A stretch of 64,000 bases of DNA, from the NCBI GenBank assembly GCA_050331235.1, contig JBHJHA010000035.1:1-64000 (forward strand). Reading direction: 5' to 3'. The translations under genes and the position numbers were made by a program. The DNA is from Leptolyngbyaceae cyanobacterium (lineage in GTDB: Bacteria > Cyanobacteriota > Cyanobacteriia > Phormidesmidales > Phormidesmidaceae). Each line of letters starts with the position of its first letter. The first letter of the stretch is position 1. The notes under the pieces are model-generated. The model did no database searches, was not told the origin of the DNA, and worked only from the letters and a program-made list of their open reading frames with translations. Shown here one piece after another: positions 39,707 to 49,543 of the stretch.

Positions 39707-40999
39707 TTATGTGTTCATGCGCTCGTAAATGGCGGAAGTTGCCGGTGAGTAGCGGGTGAGATAGTTGAAAATCCAAAACTTGACACAAGAATCAATAATC
39801 ACTGGCACAGTCGCGATGAAGGTGTTGATGAAGACTTCGCTTTCGGGCAGACCAAAGTGATGCAACGACCCCGCCAAAATCACCTCCCATCCCTCTGCGG
39901 AGTGAAACCCCACGAAAATATCGGTAATCAGAATGAATAAAAATACCTTTAAGGGATCGCGCAGCCCTAAAAACGTGCGATTTGCCACCATGCGGATGAG
40001 TTTGACCTGACGCCGACCCAGGAGTACCAATACTCCAAACACGAGCAGTGCCACCACGTCCGCCAAGAGGTTTTTCAAGCCGTTGAGCTCGTCTTCTCGG
40101 GCCTCACGCCATAGATCAAAGGCGGCTTCTTGCAGATACTCCTGACGACTTTCGTTGTCCATGTCGCTGTAATAACCTAGCAACGTGGCAACTTCGAGTT
40201 TTTCCTTAGCAAATAGGTAATCGCGAGCAAACTCGTCTTGAATTTCTTCATTGAGTTCGATCTCGGTGGGGTTGTGATCGCTGTAGTTGCCCAGCAGTGG
40301 TTCAAAGACCAGATTTTTAGTCAAAATCTGGACCGATAGCGGAATGATCAGCAGCACCGCTAACCACCGCAGCGCAATCTGCGTCTGCTTGCGCTGGAGC
40401 CGCAGCGACTCGATGACCTGTTGTTCATATTCAGCGGTACTTTCCTTACCGGGTGAGCGCAGTCGCGGCAAGAAACTGTCTCGGGGGCGATCGCTGGTGG
40501 CTTCTAACGCTGGCATGTCTAATGTGCGATCTCGGGCCGGCTGGGGCTCTGGCTGCGTCTCCACGGGCATCAGCTCATCATCGCCGGTAAAAAATGAGGC
40601 TAGATTGCCCTCCCCGCGATACTTAGCGATAACCGATTCGATCAGCTCGAGCTTGTCGAGGACCGGCTGTCGCTGCTTTTGAATTTCAGCTTCGGGTGCT
40701 GGAAGACCCGCTGTGGCTGTGGGTTGCGCTGCAGTCGCCTCCGCTTCGAACAAAAAACTGTTGGTCTTAAATTGAGCTAAGTTGAACCGAATCTTGAGCA
40801 ATTGGCGATCGCGTAAACTGGCCGCATAGTCTGATACCGTTTTGCTCTTGTCAGGCTGGTCGGCGATTTTTTGCCCCTCATACAGCTCCTCTTCGAGCTT
40901 GCGAATCGTCAGCGCGCCTTCATAGGCCGTATCTAGAGCTTTTTGGCGACGCTGGGCCAACCAGCCAAAAACTTGATTAGACGCGTTACGAAATTCCAT
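39707..40999 (-). CDS. pxcA: Proton extrusion protein PxcA (CemA family)
   Basis: C-terminal CemA domain: KVFLFILITDIFVGFHS.EGWE, FIATVPVIID and KFWIFNYL.R.SP. Confidence 0.9.
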   Translation of the reverse strand: MEFRNASNQVFGWLAQRRQKALDTAYEGALTIRKLEEELYEGQKIADQPDKSKTVSDYAASLRDRQLLKIRFNLAQFKTNSFLFEAEATAAQPTATAGLPAPEAEIQKQRQPVLDKLELIESVIAKYRGEGNLASFFTGDDELMPVETQPEPQPARDRTLDMPALEATSDRPRDSFLPRLRSPGKESTAEYEQQVIESLRLQRKQTQIALRWLAVLLIIPLSVQILTKNLVFEPLLGNYSDHNPTEIELNEEIQDEFARDYLFAKEKLEVATLLGYYSDMDNESRQEYLQEAAFDLWREAREDELNGLKNLLADVVALLVFGVLVLLGRRQVKLIRMVANRTFLGLRDPLKVFLFILITDIFVGFHSAEGWEVILAGSLHHFGLPESEVFINTFIATVPVIIDSCVKFWIFNYLTRYSPATSAIYERMNT

Positions 41000-41400
41000 A
41001 CTTTGCTTTCCAGAAAATACAGAGTGAGCTTCTATCCAACAGAAAAACTTGAAATATGCCTGTTAGCCCAAGACTATTGGGCGCTGGGTCAAGGAGCTAT
41101 AAGCTATGAATGCCGCAATTATGACAAGCTTTGTTACGGTTGGCAGGCTAACGTACTGCCAACATAGGACGACAGTAACTCACTGTGGAGGCGCTAGCTA
41201 TGGATGATCAGCAGGGCCTCGTCGAGAAAGTGGAAGGACGCAGCGGCTCCGCAAAATTGTTTTGATGCAGGAATTTACTCGAAGCTTTAGTAGCTTCTTA
41301 ACGTGCCTTGCCTACTATACAGTGTGCGTGGTGGCGTCGACTCAAACCGCTTGATTGCGCGATCGCCGCTCGTGAGATTTTAGATAGGACAGGTTAACTT

Positions 41401-41892
41401 ATGGCCGACTTTACTGTTTGGAAATTTGATTCTGCTGATGGCGCGAGGGGCGTTTTGAACAAGCTAGCAGAGTTGCAAAAGCAGCATCTCATCACCATTA
41501 AGGATGCCGCAGTGGTGACCTGGCCAGAGGGTAAGAAAAAGCCTAAAACTGAACAAGCACTTCCCCTGATTAGCTTAGGGGCCCTTGATGGGGCCTTTTG
41601 GGGCCTGCTGTTTGGTTTGATTTTCTTCGTACCGCTGTTTGGCGCCGCTGTGGGTGCTTTGAGTGGTGCGCTGTCTGGCTACTTTCGGGACTACGGGATC
41701 AATGACGATTTCATCAAAGAGATTCGAGCCCAAATTACTGAAGGCACCTCAGCGTTGTTCCTCATGACTGAGGATGTCACCCTCGACAAGGTTGAGGATG
41801 CGTTGGGCGGTGATCATGCTCAACTCATTCGTTCGAACCTCACCAACGAGCAGGAAGAACGACTTAAAGAGCACTTCAGCGTGGCTGAGTAA
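41401..41892 (+). CDS. DUF1269 family membrane protein
   Basis: I.DAAVV.W, GAL.GAFWGLLFGLIFFVP, DYGINDDFIK and GTSALF. Confidence 0.92.
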   Translation: MADFTVWKFDSADGARGVLNKLAELQKQHLITIKDAAVVTWPEGKKKPKTEQALPLISLGALDGAFWGLLFGLIFFVPLFGAAVGALSGALSGYFRDYGINDDFIKEIRAQITEGTSALFLMTEDVTLDKVEDALGGDHAQLIRSNLTNEQEERLKEHFSVAE

Positions 41893-42109
41893 GCACGTTT
41901 GACCACCCGTAGAGATGGCTAGTCGCTGGCACTCGCTCCCAGTGGATCGCTTGAGCCATCTTCTGATCGCCCCCTGAAATTTGGCAGTAGCGGCTATTGC
42001 GACACCCTTGGTGTAACCGCCGACGGCCGGTTGGGGGGCGATCTCGTCATTAACTATTCGCCCGAGGATTGTTTGACCACTAGCGATACCGCTTGTTGAG
42101 GTAAACCGC

Positions 42110-42571
42110 ATGGATGTCACTGAAGCGACGCAAGATCTCATCAGTCAGGCCCAACAGCTCAAAGCCAAGCACTCGGATGCTGTGTCGGTGACCTTCATCG
42201 ACTTTTATTGCCAGTGCCGGCAGGGAGCTGATTATTTGTTCCCGCCGGTGATGCGGTCATCAGTGCGGCTGCTAGATATTTTGAACTGGTTTTTTGCCTG
42301 TGTCGACGGGCAAGCGCCGCCTACGCTGGTGCGTTTAATGTGGCAGGACATCGCTGGCCCAACTTTGCAGGCCTACAACCGGGATGAAGCGATCGAACAC
42401 AGTTTGCTCCAAGCTTTTGAGTCTGGTGCCCTCCAGCTTTTCATTACCACCTGGGATCGAGAACGCAATCCCGATGGCTCGGACCATTTGAAAAACGATG
42501 GCAGCGTGCATCTCACTCTGCGGGAAATGCTGGAAGATCTTGAACAGGTAGAAGCCAAAGTGCTGGGCTAA
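42110..42571 (+). CDS. Hypothetical protein
   Basis: 153-aa ORF with GAGG RBS, an FYCQC motif and a short internal tandem repeat. Confidence 0.8.
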   Translation: MDVTEATQDLISQAQQLKAKHSDAVSVTFIDFYCQCRQGADYLFPPVMRSSVRLLDILNWFFACVDGQAPPTLVRLMWQDIAGPTLQAYNRDEAIEHSLLQAFESGALQLFITTWDRERNPDGSDHLKNDGSVHLTLREMLEDLEQVEAKVLG

Positions 42572-42749
42572 TCAATTTTATTCAGTGCTGCTTCGCTAGC
42601 CGCGTTGTAGATCCTGGCTCTAGTGAGTAGGTATCCCAATCTCTCTCTTGCGTAGGCTATATATGGCCTCAAAATCTCTATGGCGAAAGAGTCCCACGGC
42701 GATGCCAGCACCTAATCTGTATGGTTACTACGCGTTGTGGGATAAGACT

Positions 42750-43490
42750 GTGGAACAAAAGCATTCTGACTTTGGTGAAGAGGCGATCAGCAAGACAATG
42801 GAAATTGCCCTCTCGTCACAGCTTGAGCAGGCTGAAGCACTTAACGTGCAGATTGAAGCTGATCCCTTTGACTTGATGGGAGGTGAACTGAAGGCTGCCG
42901 ACATCGACGGTCGAGGTCTAGTCGTCCAAGACAGTCTGAGAACGGAGCAGTTGCAGCTGAAGACCAACGGCATTGCGATCGATCCTGGCAAGGCCGCTTT
43001 TGGTGAAATTAAGTTAACTCGCCCCACCCAAGCGACAACTGTAATTACGCTGACCGCAGCAGATATTGAGCAAGCTTTTAATTCCGATTTTGTGCGGCAA
43101 AAAATTGCAGCGGTGGCAGTGGAACTCAATGGACAAACAACCCATATCTCTGCGAAGCAAATTGAGTTTGAACTGCCTGGAAACCAAAAGATGGCTTTCC
43201 GTGCCGACGTGGCGATCGCAGAAACTCAGGAACCCCAGCAGATCGAATTTAAAGCCGTGCCTAAGATTGGTCCTCAGGGCAACCAAATTATCCTTACTGA
43301 TGTCCAGGTGACGTCTCAAAACTCCTTTCAAGAGTTGACGGACAGATTATTGGAAGCGGCGAGTGAGCTACTGGATTTACGTAACTTTGCCTTGGAAGGG
43401 ATGGAAATGCAGCTACAGCAGATTGATGTGCGCAAAGGAGTCATGGTCCTATACGCCGCCGCTCGCATTACTCAGTTTCCCAACGGCTAA
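42750..43490 (+). CDS. DUF2993 (LmeA-like) domain protein
   Basis: GEEAISK..EIALSSQLEQAE.LNV.I..DP..L..G, G.I.LT.PT and DI..AFNS. GTG start inferred. Confidence 0.85.
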   Translation: MEQKHSDFGEEAISKTMEIALSSQLEQAEALNVQIEADPFDLMGGELKAADIDGRGLVVQDSLRTEQLQLKTNGIAIDPGKAAFGEIKLTRPTQATTVITLTAADIEQAFNSDFVRQKIAAVAVELNGQTTHISAKQIEFELPGNQKMAFRADVAIAETQEPQQIEFKAVPKIGPQGNQIILTDVQVTSQNSFQELTDRLLEAASELLDLRNFALEGMEMQLQQIDVRKGVMVLYAAARITQFPNG

Positions 43491-43889
43491 GGGGAAGTTT
43501 ATACGGCGATGACGGCTACGGACGGGGGCTTGCTTGATCTCGCTGTGGGTGATCTCGGTGCTTTGAATAAGAGCTCCGTACAGCCCATCCGTTCGAGTTG
43601 CCTGAATGTGCAACTGCTCTACCTGTGTTGCCTTCCCTGACCAAGGGGCGGGGAGATTTATGGCGCCACTTTGCCTCAATGGTTATCAGGTCATCTACCA
43701 AGAGTGCACCCTAGACTGCTATGAGGGATCGATGCCAGTAATCACCGTCACATGTTTTGGCTATCTACAGCACCAATCAGCGCTCAAAATCGCACAGGTC
43801 GATAACGGATGGCATCACCCCACGCATCGTGCCAGCGGGAGAGGATAAGACCATCGAACAGATGCCCCCGCTGAGCTTTGGTAACTCTG

Positions 43890-44036
43890 ATGAAACTCAC
43901 CACGATCTTGAATACCGTTCTTGCTGTGGCTGCAATCGCCCTCGCCGCATCCACCTATGCAGCTCCAGAAATGGAGAGCGGTCTGCGAGGTATCTGGGAT
44001 CAAGGTTCAGAAGCTGTAGTGCTGGAGATGGCTTGA
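43890..44036 (+). CDS. Putative small secreted peptide, 48 aa (not in the ORF track)
   Basis: MKLTTILNTVLAVAAIALAASTYAAPEMESGLRGIWDQGSEAVVLEMA*: a Sec-type signal followed by an acidic tail of about 24 aa. Confidence 0.55.
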   Translation: MKLTTILNTVLAVAAIALAASTYAAPEMESGLRGIWDQGSEAVVLEMA

Positions 44037-44089
44037 TATTGCTGTTCCCAAGTTTTTCCTGAGGTTTGACGAACTTAGTGCGCAGTTGT

Positions 44090-45229
44090 CTACCGCGATC
44101 GCCCACCCATCAAGCCTCCGCTTAAGCGGCTGATGGCCCTTTGGGCAACCTCGTCGTAGCCCAGTTTGCCGTTAAAGAGTTTCACAATAGTGGGAGCCGC
44201 GTTGGGGCGCTTGACCCCAATCCGATAGGCTAGCTGCGGCGCTTTGTAAAATACCTGGGCCAGTCGTTTTGCCCAGCGCATGTCTTGACCCCATTCGTCG
44301 CGCATGACCTGGGAGTAGCCCGCTAACGCATCGAGATGCCCCCTTAGTGCCTGGTCAATTGCCTCAGCGGCCTTGACGCCACTAAATAATGCAGGGCGAA
44401 TGCCCTCTGCCGTAAAAGGATCGACGACGCAGGCAGCCTCGCCGACAAGGAGAGCGTTTTGTGTGTGAAGTGGCTGATCGCCATCCCAGGCCAAAATGGG
44501 ATGACCGTGGGCTTTTTGCCGCGACATGTCGACATCGAACTCAGTCGCATACTCTGCGATGGGCGGGCGGAGATCTTGTCGCCGTTGGTTGCCGACGCGC
44601 ATCACACCGCCACCGATGGAGTAACCGTCTGCTTTGGGAAAGTTCCACAAGTAGCCATATTGCACCATACCCATTTCAAGGTACAGCAGTGGGTCAGCGG
44701 GCATTTCACTGCGAGGCTCAATCTCGACAGCGGCGGCGAGCAGATGACGTCGTTTAGTAAAACCTAGCCACTTGGCCATCACGCCGCGTCCCCCATCAGC
44801 CGCAATGAGAAATTTGCCTTCGACGGGCCTGCGCGAGGTTTGCACCTGCCAGCGATCGCCCTGCCACACAATCCCCTGGGCTTTAGTCTCTTGCCGCAGC
44901 TCTGCCCCTTGCTGTTGTGCCTGCTGCACGAGGAAATAGTCAAACTCGTCTCGCCGCACCATCCAAAGCGCTTCGTCAGCGGGCACAACAGCGTCTACTG
45001 GATCGCCCATCTGCCACGTACAGCGGATATGTCGCACCCGGACTGAAATCGCAGGGGAGAAATCAAAGTCAAACCACTCTGCAACCTGGGGGGAGACGCC
45101 GCCACCACAGGGCTTGTAGCGAGGTAGCTTCGCGCGATCAAGCAGCAATACGGAACGACCTTGCTTGGCGAGATGATAAGCAGCCGCGCCACCACTGGGG
45201 CCAGCGCCGACAATAATGCAGTCGTACAT
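44090..45229 (-). CDS. Geranylgeranyl reductase family flavoprotein
   Basis: YDCIIVGAGPSG, RYKPCGGG, LIAADG, GYLWNFPK and GEAACVVDPFTAEGIR. Confidence 0.92.
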   Translation of the reverse strand: MYDCIIVGAGPSGGAAAYHLAKQGRSVLLLDRAKLPRYKPCGGGVSPQVAEWFDFDFSPAISVRVRHIRCTWQMGDPVDAVVPADEALWMVRRDEFDYFLVQQAQQQGAELRQETKAQGIVWQGDRWQVQTSRRPVEGKFLIAADGGRGVMAKWLGFTKRRHLLAAAVEIEPRSEMPADPLLYLEMGMVQYGYLWNFPKADGYSIGGGVMRVGNQRRQDLRPPIAEYATEFDVDMSRQKAHGHPILAWDGDQPLHTQNALLVGEAACVVDPFTAEGIRPALFSGVKAAEAIDQALRGHLDALAGYSQVMRDEWGQDMRWAKRLAQVFYKAPQLAYRIGVKRPNAAPTIVKLFNGKLGYDEVAQRAISRLSGGLMGGRSR

Positions 45230-45462
45230 GGGCAATGACTTTAAAGACTAAACAGGCGTTACTGCCCTATCTTCCCGCAGATTAGAAAGACTCACACAGA
45301 TAGGTGTTGCACTTTTCCAGAGAGGGGTCAATCGATTGAGGCTCCCATCGCTCCATGGAGTCCTGCATGTGTTCTCGAAGTGCATCAAAGGTCATCTGCC
45401 TTCCAAACTTGACCTCGCCAAAGATCAAACCCATCTCTCTTTTATTGGACTTGCGCAGTTGC

Positions 45463-45545
45463 ATCCGGTTTTGGCCCCTTCATCCCTAAATATAGGGAAA
45501 CCGGATACACCTTTCCTCCGGATTGGGGGAAACAAGGGGGGATTG
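45463..45545. repeat. Degenerate cyanobacterial dispersed palindromic repeat (C-tract/G-tract double hairpin)
   Basis: ATCCGGTTT...CCCCTTCATCCCTAAATATAGGGAAACCGGAT...TTCCTCCGGATTGGGGGAAACAAGGGGGG with nested inverted arms. Confidence 0.45.
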
Positions 45546-45635
45546 CGGAAGCTCAAGTTTGCTTGCCTCCATCCCCTTTTCTGAATATTGCTTCGACAAA
45601 AAATAATGAATGTTATGGGTCTCAAGTCAAGGGCG

Positions 45636-48179
45636 TTACACGCCAACAATAAGCCACCAAAGCATGGCCGTAAGGCTGACCGTTGCCAAGTGCTGAGGCA
45701 GTAGCAGACGTACTGGATAGCGGGCAATTTTTTGGGTGAGGACGATCGCGAGCCCTGCTCCGATCATCAGCGATGTGCCCTGCAGAAAGGCAATCACCGC
45801 TGGATGAGCCACAACGACTGGCAAATTGACTCCCGATAGGCCAATTGTCGCCGCACTCACGGGTAAAACTCGCCCCGCCTCGGTCAAAAAGAGCCTGAGA
45901 TAGTGGGCCAGCGTGCCCATCAGTACGAGGGGCAGATATCCATAGGCTAGTTCTTGAAAGGGACGAGGTTTACGGGTTGGTGTCAGCTTATGTATGGCTG
46001 TGAGTAGGGCTTGGGCCGTGAGGGGCAACAGCGCTGGCAGTAACAGGAGGGCGATCGCCGCGCCGCTATGTATCCAGAAATTGCTTAGATCTAATGGCCG
46101 GTCCAGTGCCTGTAGCAGCTCGGGCAACCGATGGAGGAATATGCCATCGAGCAATAGCAGCAGCAGGGCTACCTCATAAAGGCGGGGCGTATGAGTCGTC
46201 CACAGCTCAATGCCAGGAGGACGCAAATTGAACTCAACCGAGCGATGGGGGCAGGCTTTGAGGCAGGTCATGCACAATACGCAGTCACGATTTTCCTCAA
46301 GCTGGGCTGGATGGGAGTAGATCGGACAGCCCCCGGTTTCCTGTCCTTCTCCTTTGGCTGGTCCCCCTTTGTAGCATTGATAGGTGGTGCATTCGGCTGA
46401 GCAGGTGCCCTGCTGGGCCCGCAGCTCCGTCATTGAGAGCTTGGCGTACAGGCCATTCATGCCGCCAATGGGGCATAAATAGCGGCACCAAAACCGCCGC
46501 TCAAACAACTGAGAAAAGACGATCGCCCCTGCGGTAATGAGCAGCAGCAGGCAAGAGGATAAGTAAGCGGTATTTTGCAGCTCCCAAAGTTCTTCCCAGA
46601 GAAGGATCAGCGCAAATAGGCCAAAAAGAAACCATCCACCCCAGCGTTCTGCAGCTTCCCGGGGCCAACGTTTGAGTTGGCGCGGCCAGAGCCTAAGCGA
46701 CAGGGTCTGTAATGCTTCGCCGTAAATCATAAACGGACACACCGCACACCAGACTCGCCCCAAGAAGGGAAACACCAGCAAAATGATGGGCCACCACCAA
46801 GCCCAAAAGAAATTGAGCGCAATGTTTTGATCGCGGGTCTGGGGACCCAGCCAAAGGACGGCGTTGATGAGGGCAAAAACGCCGAGTGTGAATCCATAGT
46901 TGATGCGATCGGGCCACCACGAACTGCGCAAGAAGCGGCGCAGAGTGGGATAAGCATTCAGCAGATTGAGACGAAACTGTTTCTTTTTGCTTTGGGAGGG
47001 CCAGAGAATTTCTTCGGTGAGAACGGTGCCGTGCACGGCTTGTGACAGTGCCCGAGATACCAGGCTTTCTAGCTCCCTCAAATTATTGGGAAAGTCGTAG
47101 GCTTGCAACCGGCGGATGGCCTCGGGTGTAACCGAGATTTTCTGCTGGCCTCGGGCGCGGCTAATCAGACTGATGTAGTAGCTCACATAGTCTTCGATAT
47201 CGGCCTTGCGGACTCTTAGGGGCGGCACCTTAATTTGAGTATTGGTCGCCGCGCTGAGCTCCGGCATGGGACGCTCCGCAATCAAGATGAAGTGTGCCTG
47301 GGTCTCTCTTTCGGCAACGGCTTCCTGTGGATCGCGGTTCACCGGCTGATAGGTTTGCTGGGTCAACAGTTGGGCGATCGCTCCAATCAGCGACTGCGGC
47401 AACTCTTCTACATTGTTGAGTACTAGCGTGCCGCGATCAAGGGCTTCGAGGAGCCCCGGCTTCCCACCCACGCGGCCAAAGAGTTCGGCCCCGCTCGCTT
47501 GCAGCCGGGCACAATCGACTTTGATGATAGGCTGACGCCGATTGTCGGAACTGTAATGGATCAGGGCTGCAATGTTGTCTTTTTCAACTCCCGGCTCTCC
47601 AAAAATCAGAACCGAACTACAGCGATTGGCGCATTCCTTGAAGGCATCGCGGATTTGCTGACGCAACCGTTGGGCATAGCGGCTGCGGCCAATCACCCCG
47701 CGTCGAGCTTTGGTCACTAGGTAGGGGCGCAAAATATCCTGACGGGCTTGTTCGTAGGTGAGTTGAAAAGCCACCTGACGCAACTCAGCGGCAATCTGTT
47801 GAGAAAACACCTGCATGATTTCAGGATGACGAGCCTGAAATTCCTGAAACTGCTCCGCGGCCACAAACCAAAAGCGACAGTCGCTCAGGGTCATCACGGT
47901 CTTTTCGACAGGCTCATGAAGTAGGAGCGATCGCAGGTTGAGCACCGAGCCAGGCAAAAAGCTCATGGGGCGGCTCGTGCCAGGTTTATGTTCTAAGCGG
48001 CCTGTTTCTAAAATGTAGAGCCCATCTGGTGGGGTGTCAGCGACCACTACTGCTTGGTGAGGCGGTAAGCGGCGGACCTCAATGTGCTCGCTCAAGGCGA
48101 TCGCTGCGGCTTCGTTTAAAGCGCTGAGAGCCGAGCGTTCGCGGAGCCAAATAACGCTGTCTTGTGCAGTAGCTCCCAT
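45636..48179 (-). CDS. cNMP-binding + degenerate sigma54-activator-type AAA+ + membrane 4Fe-4S (NapH/NosR-like) fusion protein
   Basis: cNMP domain (DGLYILETG). AAA+ motifs LIFGEPGVEKD, ELFG, IKVPPLRVRKADI and YDFPNNLREL. TM region with GRVWCAVCP, WCRYLCPIGG and CVLCMTCLKACP. Confidence 0.9.
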   Translation of the reverse strand: MGATAQDSVIWLRERSALSALNEAAAIALSEHIEVRRLPPHQAVVVADTPPDGLYILETGRLEHKPGTSRPMSFLPGSVLNLRSLLLHEPVEKTVMTLSDCRFWFVAAEQFQEFQARHPEIMQVFSQQIAAELRQVAFQLTYEQARQDILRPYLVTKARRGVIGRSRYAQRLRQQIRDAFKECANRCSSVLIFGEPGVEKDNIAALIHYSSDNRRQPIIKVDCARLQASGAELFGRVGGKPGLLEALDRGTLVLNNVEELPQSLIGAIAQLLTQQTYQPVNRDPQEAVAERETQAHFILIAERPMPELSAATNTQIKVPPLRVRKADIEDYVSYYISLISRARGQQKISVTPEAIRRLQAYDFPNNLRELESLVSRALSQAVHGTVLTEEILWPSQSKKKQFRLNLLNAYPTLRRFLRSSWWPDRINYGFTLGVFALINAVLWLGPQTRDQNIALNFFWAWWWPIILLVFPFLGRVWCAVCPFMIYGEALQTLSLRLWPRQLKRWPREAAERWGGWFLFGLFALILLWEELWELQNTAYLSSCLLLLITAGAIVFSQLFERRFWCRYLCPIGGMNGLYAKLSMTELRAQQGTCSAECTTYQCYKGGPAKGEGQETGGCPIYSHPAQLEENRDCVLCMTCLKACPHRSVEFNLRPPGIELWTTHTPRLYEVALLLLLLDGIFLHRLPELLQALDRPLDLSNFWIHSGAAIALLLLPALLPLTAQALLTAIHKLTPTRKPRPFQELAYGYLPLVLMGTLAHYLRLFLTEAGRVLPVSAATIGLSGVNLPVVVAHPAVIAFLQGTSLMIGAGLAIVLTQKIARYPVRLLLPQHLATVSLTAMLWWLIVGV

Positions 48180-48597
48180 CGTGCGACCCTCGCTGCAATA
48201 CGCTAAACGGTGTGATTGGATAGCCGGAGATGCTCCTATGATAAATCCCGGAGATTTATGGGTACCGTTTGCGTTACTTGGTGTAATCGTGATGGCTGCA
48301 GTTTGCTTTGTCCGTGTGTAAAGCTAAGCTAAGTCACTGCCAACTCTATTGCGATCGCTTGGGCCGGCAATAGGCAAATTTCTATCGCCAGGTCGATCCT
48401 TTATCTCCAGCTTTGACTGGATCTTGGCCCACCAGTCAAGGGCTTGCCAAGGTTTGGATGGTGGTGCAGTAGCCTGACTCAGCCTGTTCCCTCAGGTCAA
48501 CAAGACCAACGATATGTTGCAAGGTGTTGACTTTGGCGTAGTATTATTGGGGGCAGGATTGACCGTATCATACGCTAGACGCAAGGACTATATTGCT

Positions 48598-49293
48598 ATG
48601 CAACAGTTGGATATCACTCCTGCACTCGATTACCAGTCTGAAAACTACAAAGACGCCTACAGCCGAATCAACGCGATCGTAATCGAGGGAGAGCAAGAGG
48701 CTTTCGATAACTACTGTAAGTTGGCAGAACTGCTTCCTGAATCTAAGGACGACCTGATCCGTCTAGCCAAGATGGAAAAGCGCCACATGAAAGGATTTCA
48801 GGCTTGCGGTAAAAACCTGTCTGTAGTTGCTGATATGGATTTTGCCAAAGCCTTCTTTGAGCAACTGCATCAAAACTTCAAGGATGCTTGGGCGGAGGGC
48901 AAGATTGTTACTTGCTTACTGATTCAATCCCTCATTATTGAGACCTTTGCAATTTCCGCGTACAACATTTACATACCTGTTGCCGATGATTTTGCCCGCA
49001 AGATCACCGAAGGGGTTGTCAAAGACGAGTACACTCACCTCAACTTTGGGGAAGAGTGGCTCAAAGCTAACTTCGAAGCTTCTAGGGCTGAGTTGGAAGC
49101 GGCTAACCGGCAGAATCTACCCATCGTGTGGGCAATGCTGAATCAAGTCGCTGATGATGCCAACGTACTCGGCATGGAAAAGGAAGCGCTCATCGAGGAT
49201 TTTATGATTACTTACGGTGAGGCCCTCAGCAATATTGGTTTTTCGAGTCGTGAAGTTATGAAGCTATCGGCTCAAGGGCTAGCAACTGCGTAA
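48598..49293 (+). CDS. ado: Aldehyde deformylating oxygenase
   Basis: [28 protein letters not shown] and [13 protein letters not shown] (di-iron ExxH motifs). Confidence 0.97.
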   Translation: MQQLDITPALDYQSENYKDAYSRINAIVIEGEQEAFDNYCKLAELLPESKDDLIRLAKMEKRHMKGFQACGKNLSVVADMDFAKAFFEQLHQNFKDAWAEGKIVTCLLIQSLIIETFAISAYNIYIPVADDFARKITEGVVKDEYTHLNFGEEWLKANFEASRAELEAANRQNLPIVWAMLNQVADDANVLGMEKEALIEDFMITYGEALSNIGFSSREVMKLSAQGLATA

Positions 49294-49316
49294 TTTTCAA
49301 TGGTGAAACTCGTTAG

Positions 49317-49354
49317 GCACAGCGGTGGCTGACTCAGGCCAGTCTCTGCTGTGC
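49317..49354 (+). terminator. Hairpin between ado and aar
   Basis: GCACAGCGG ... CTGCTGTGC. Confidence 0.5.
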
Positions 49355-49543
49355 TTGGTTGTATATGGGCGGTTGCAGCCAATGCCTCTAGATTGATTGC
49401 AGTCGCTTTGTCCGCAGCGAAGGTATCTCTGCCGACGGATTAGACAACTTGTAGATTTCCCTTGGTCCCGGTCTGCCCTAAGATATCTGGAGAAAGCTCG
49501 GAAGCTTTCTGCGCTTCCATTATAGGTGACCCCTAAAAGTACG

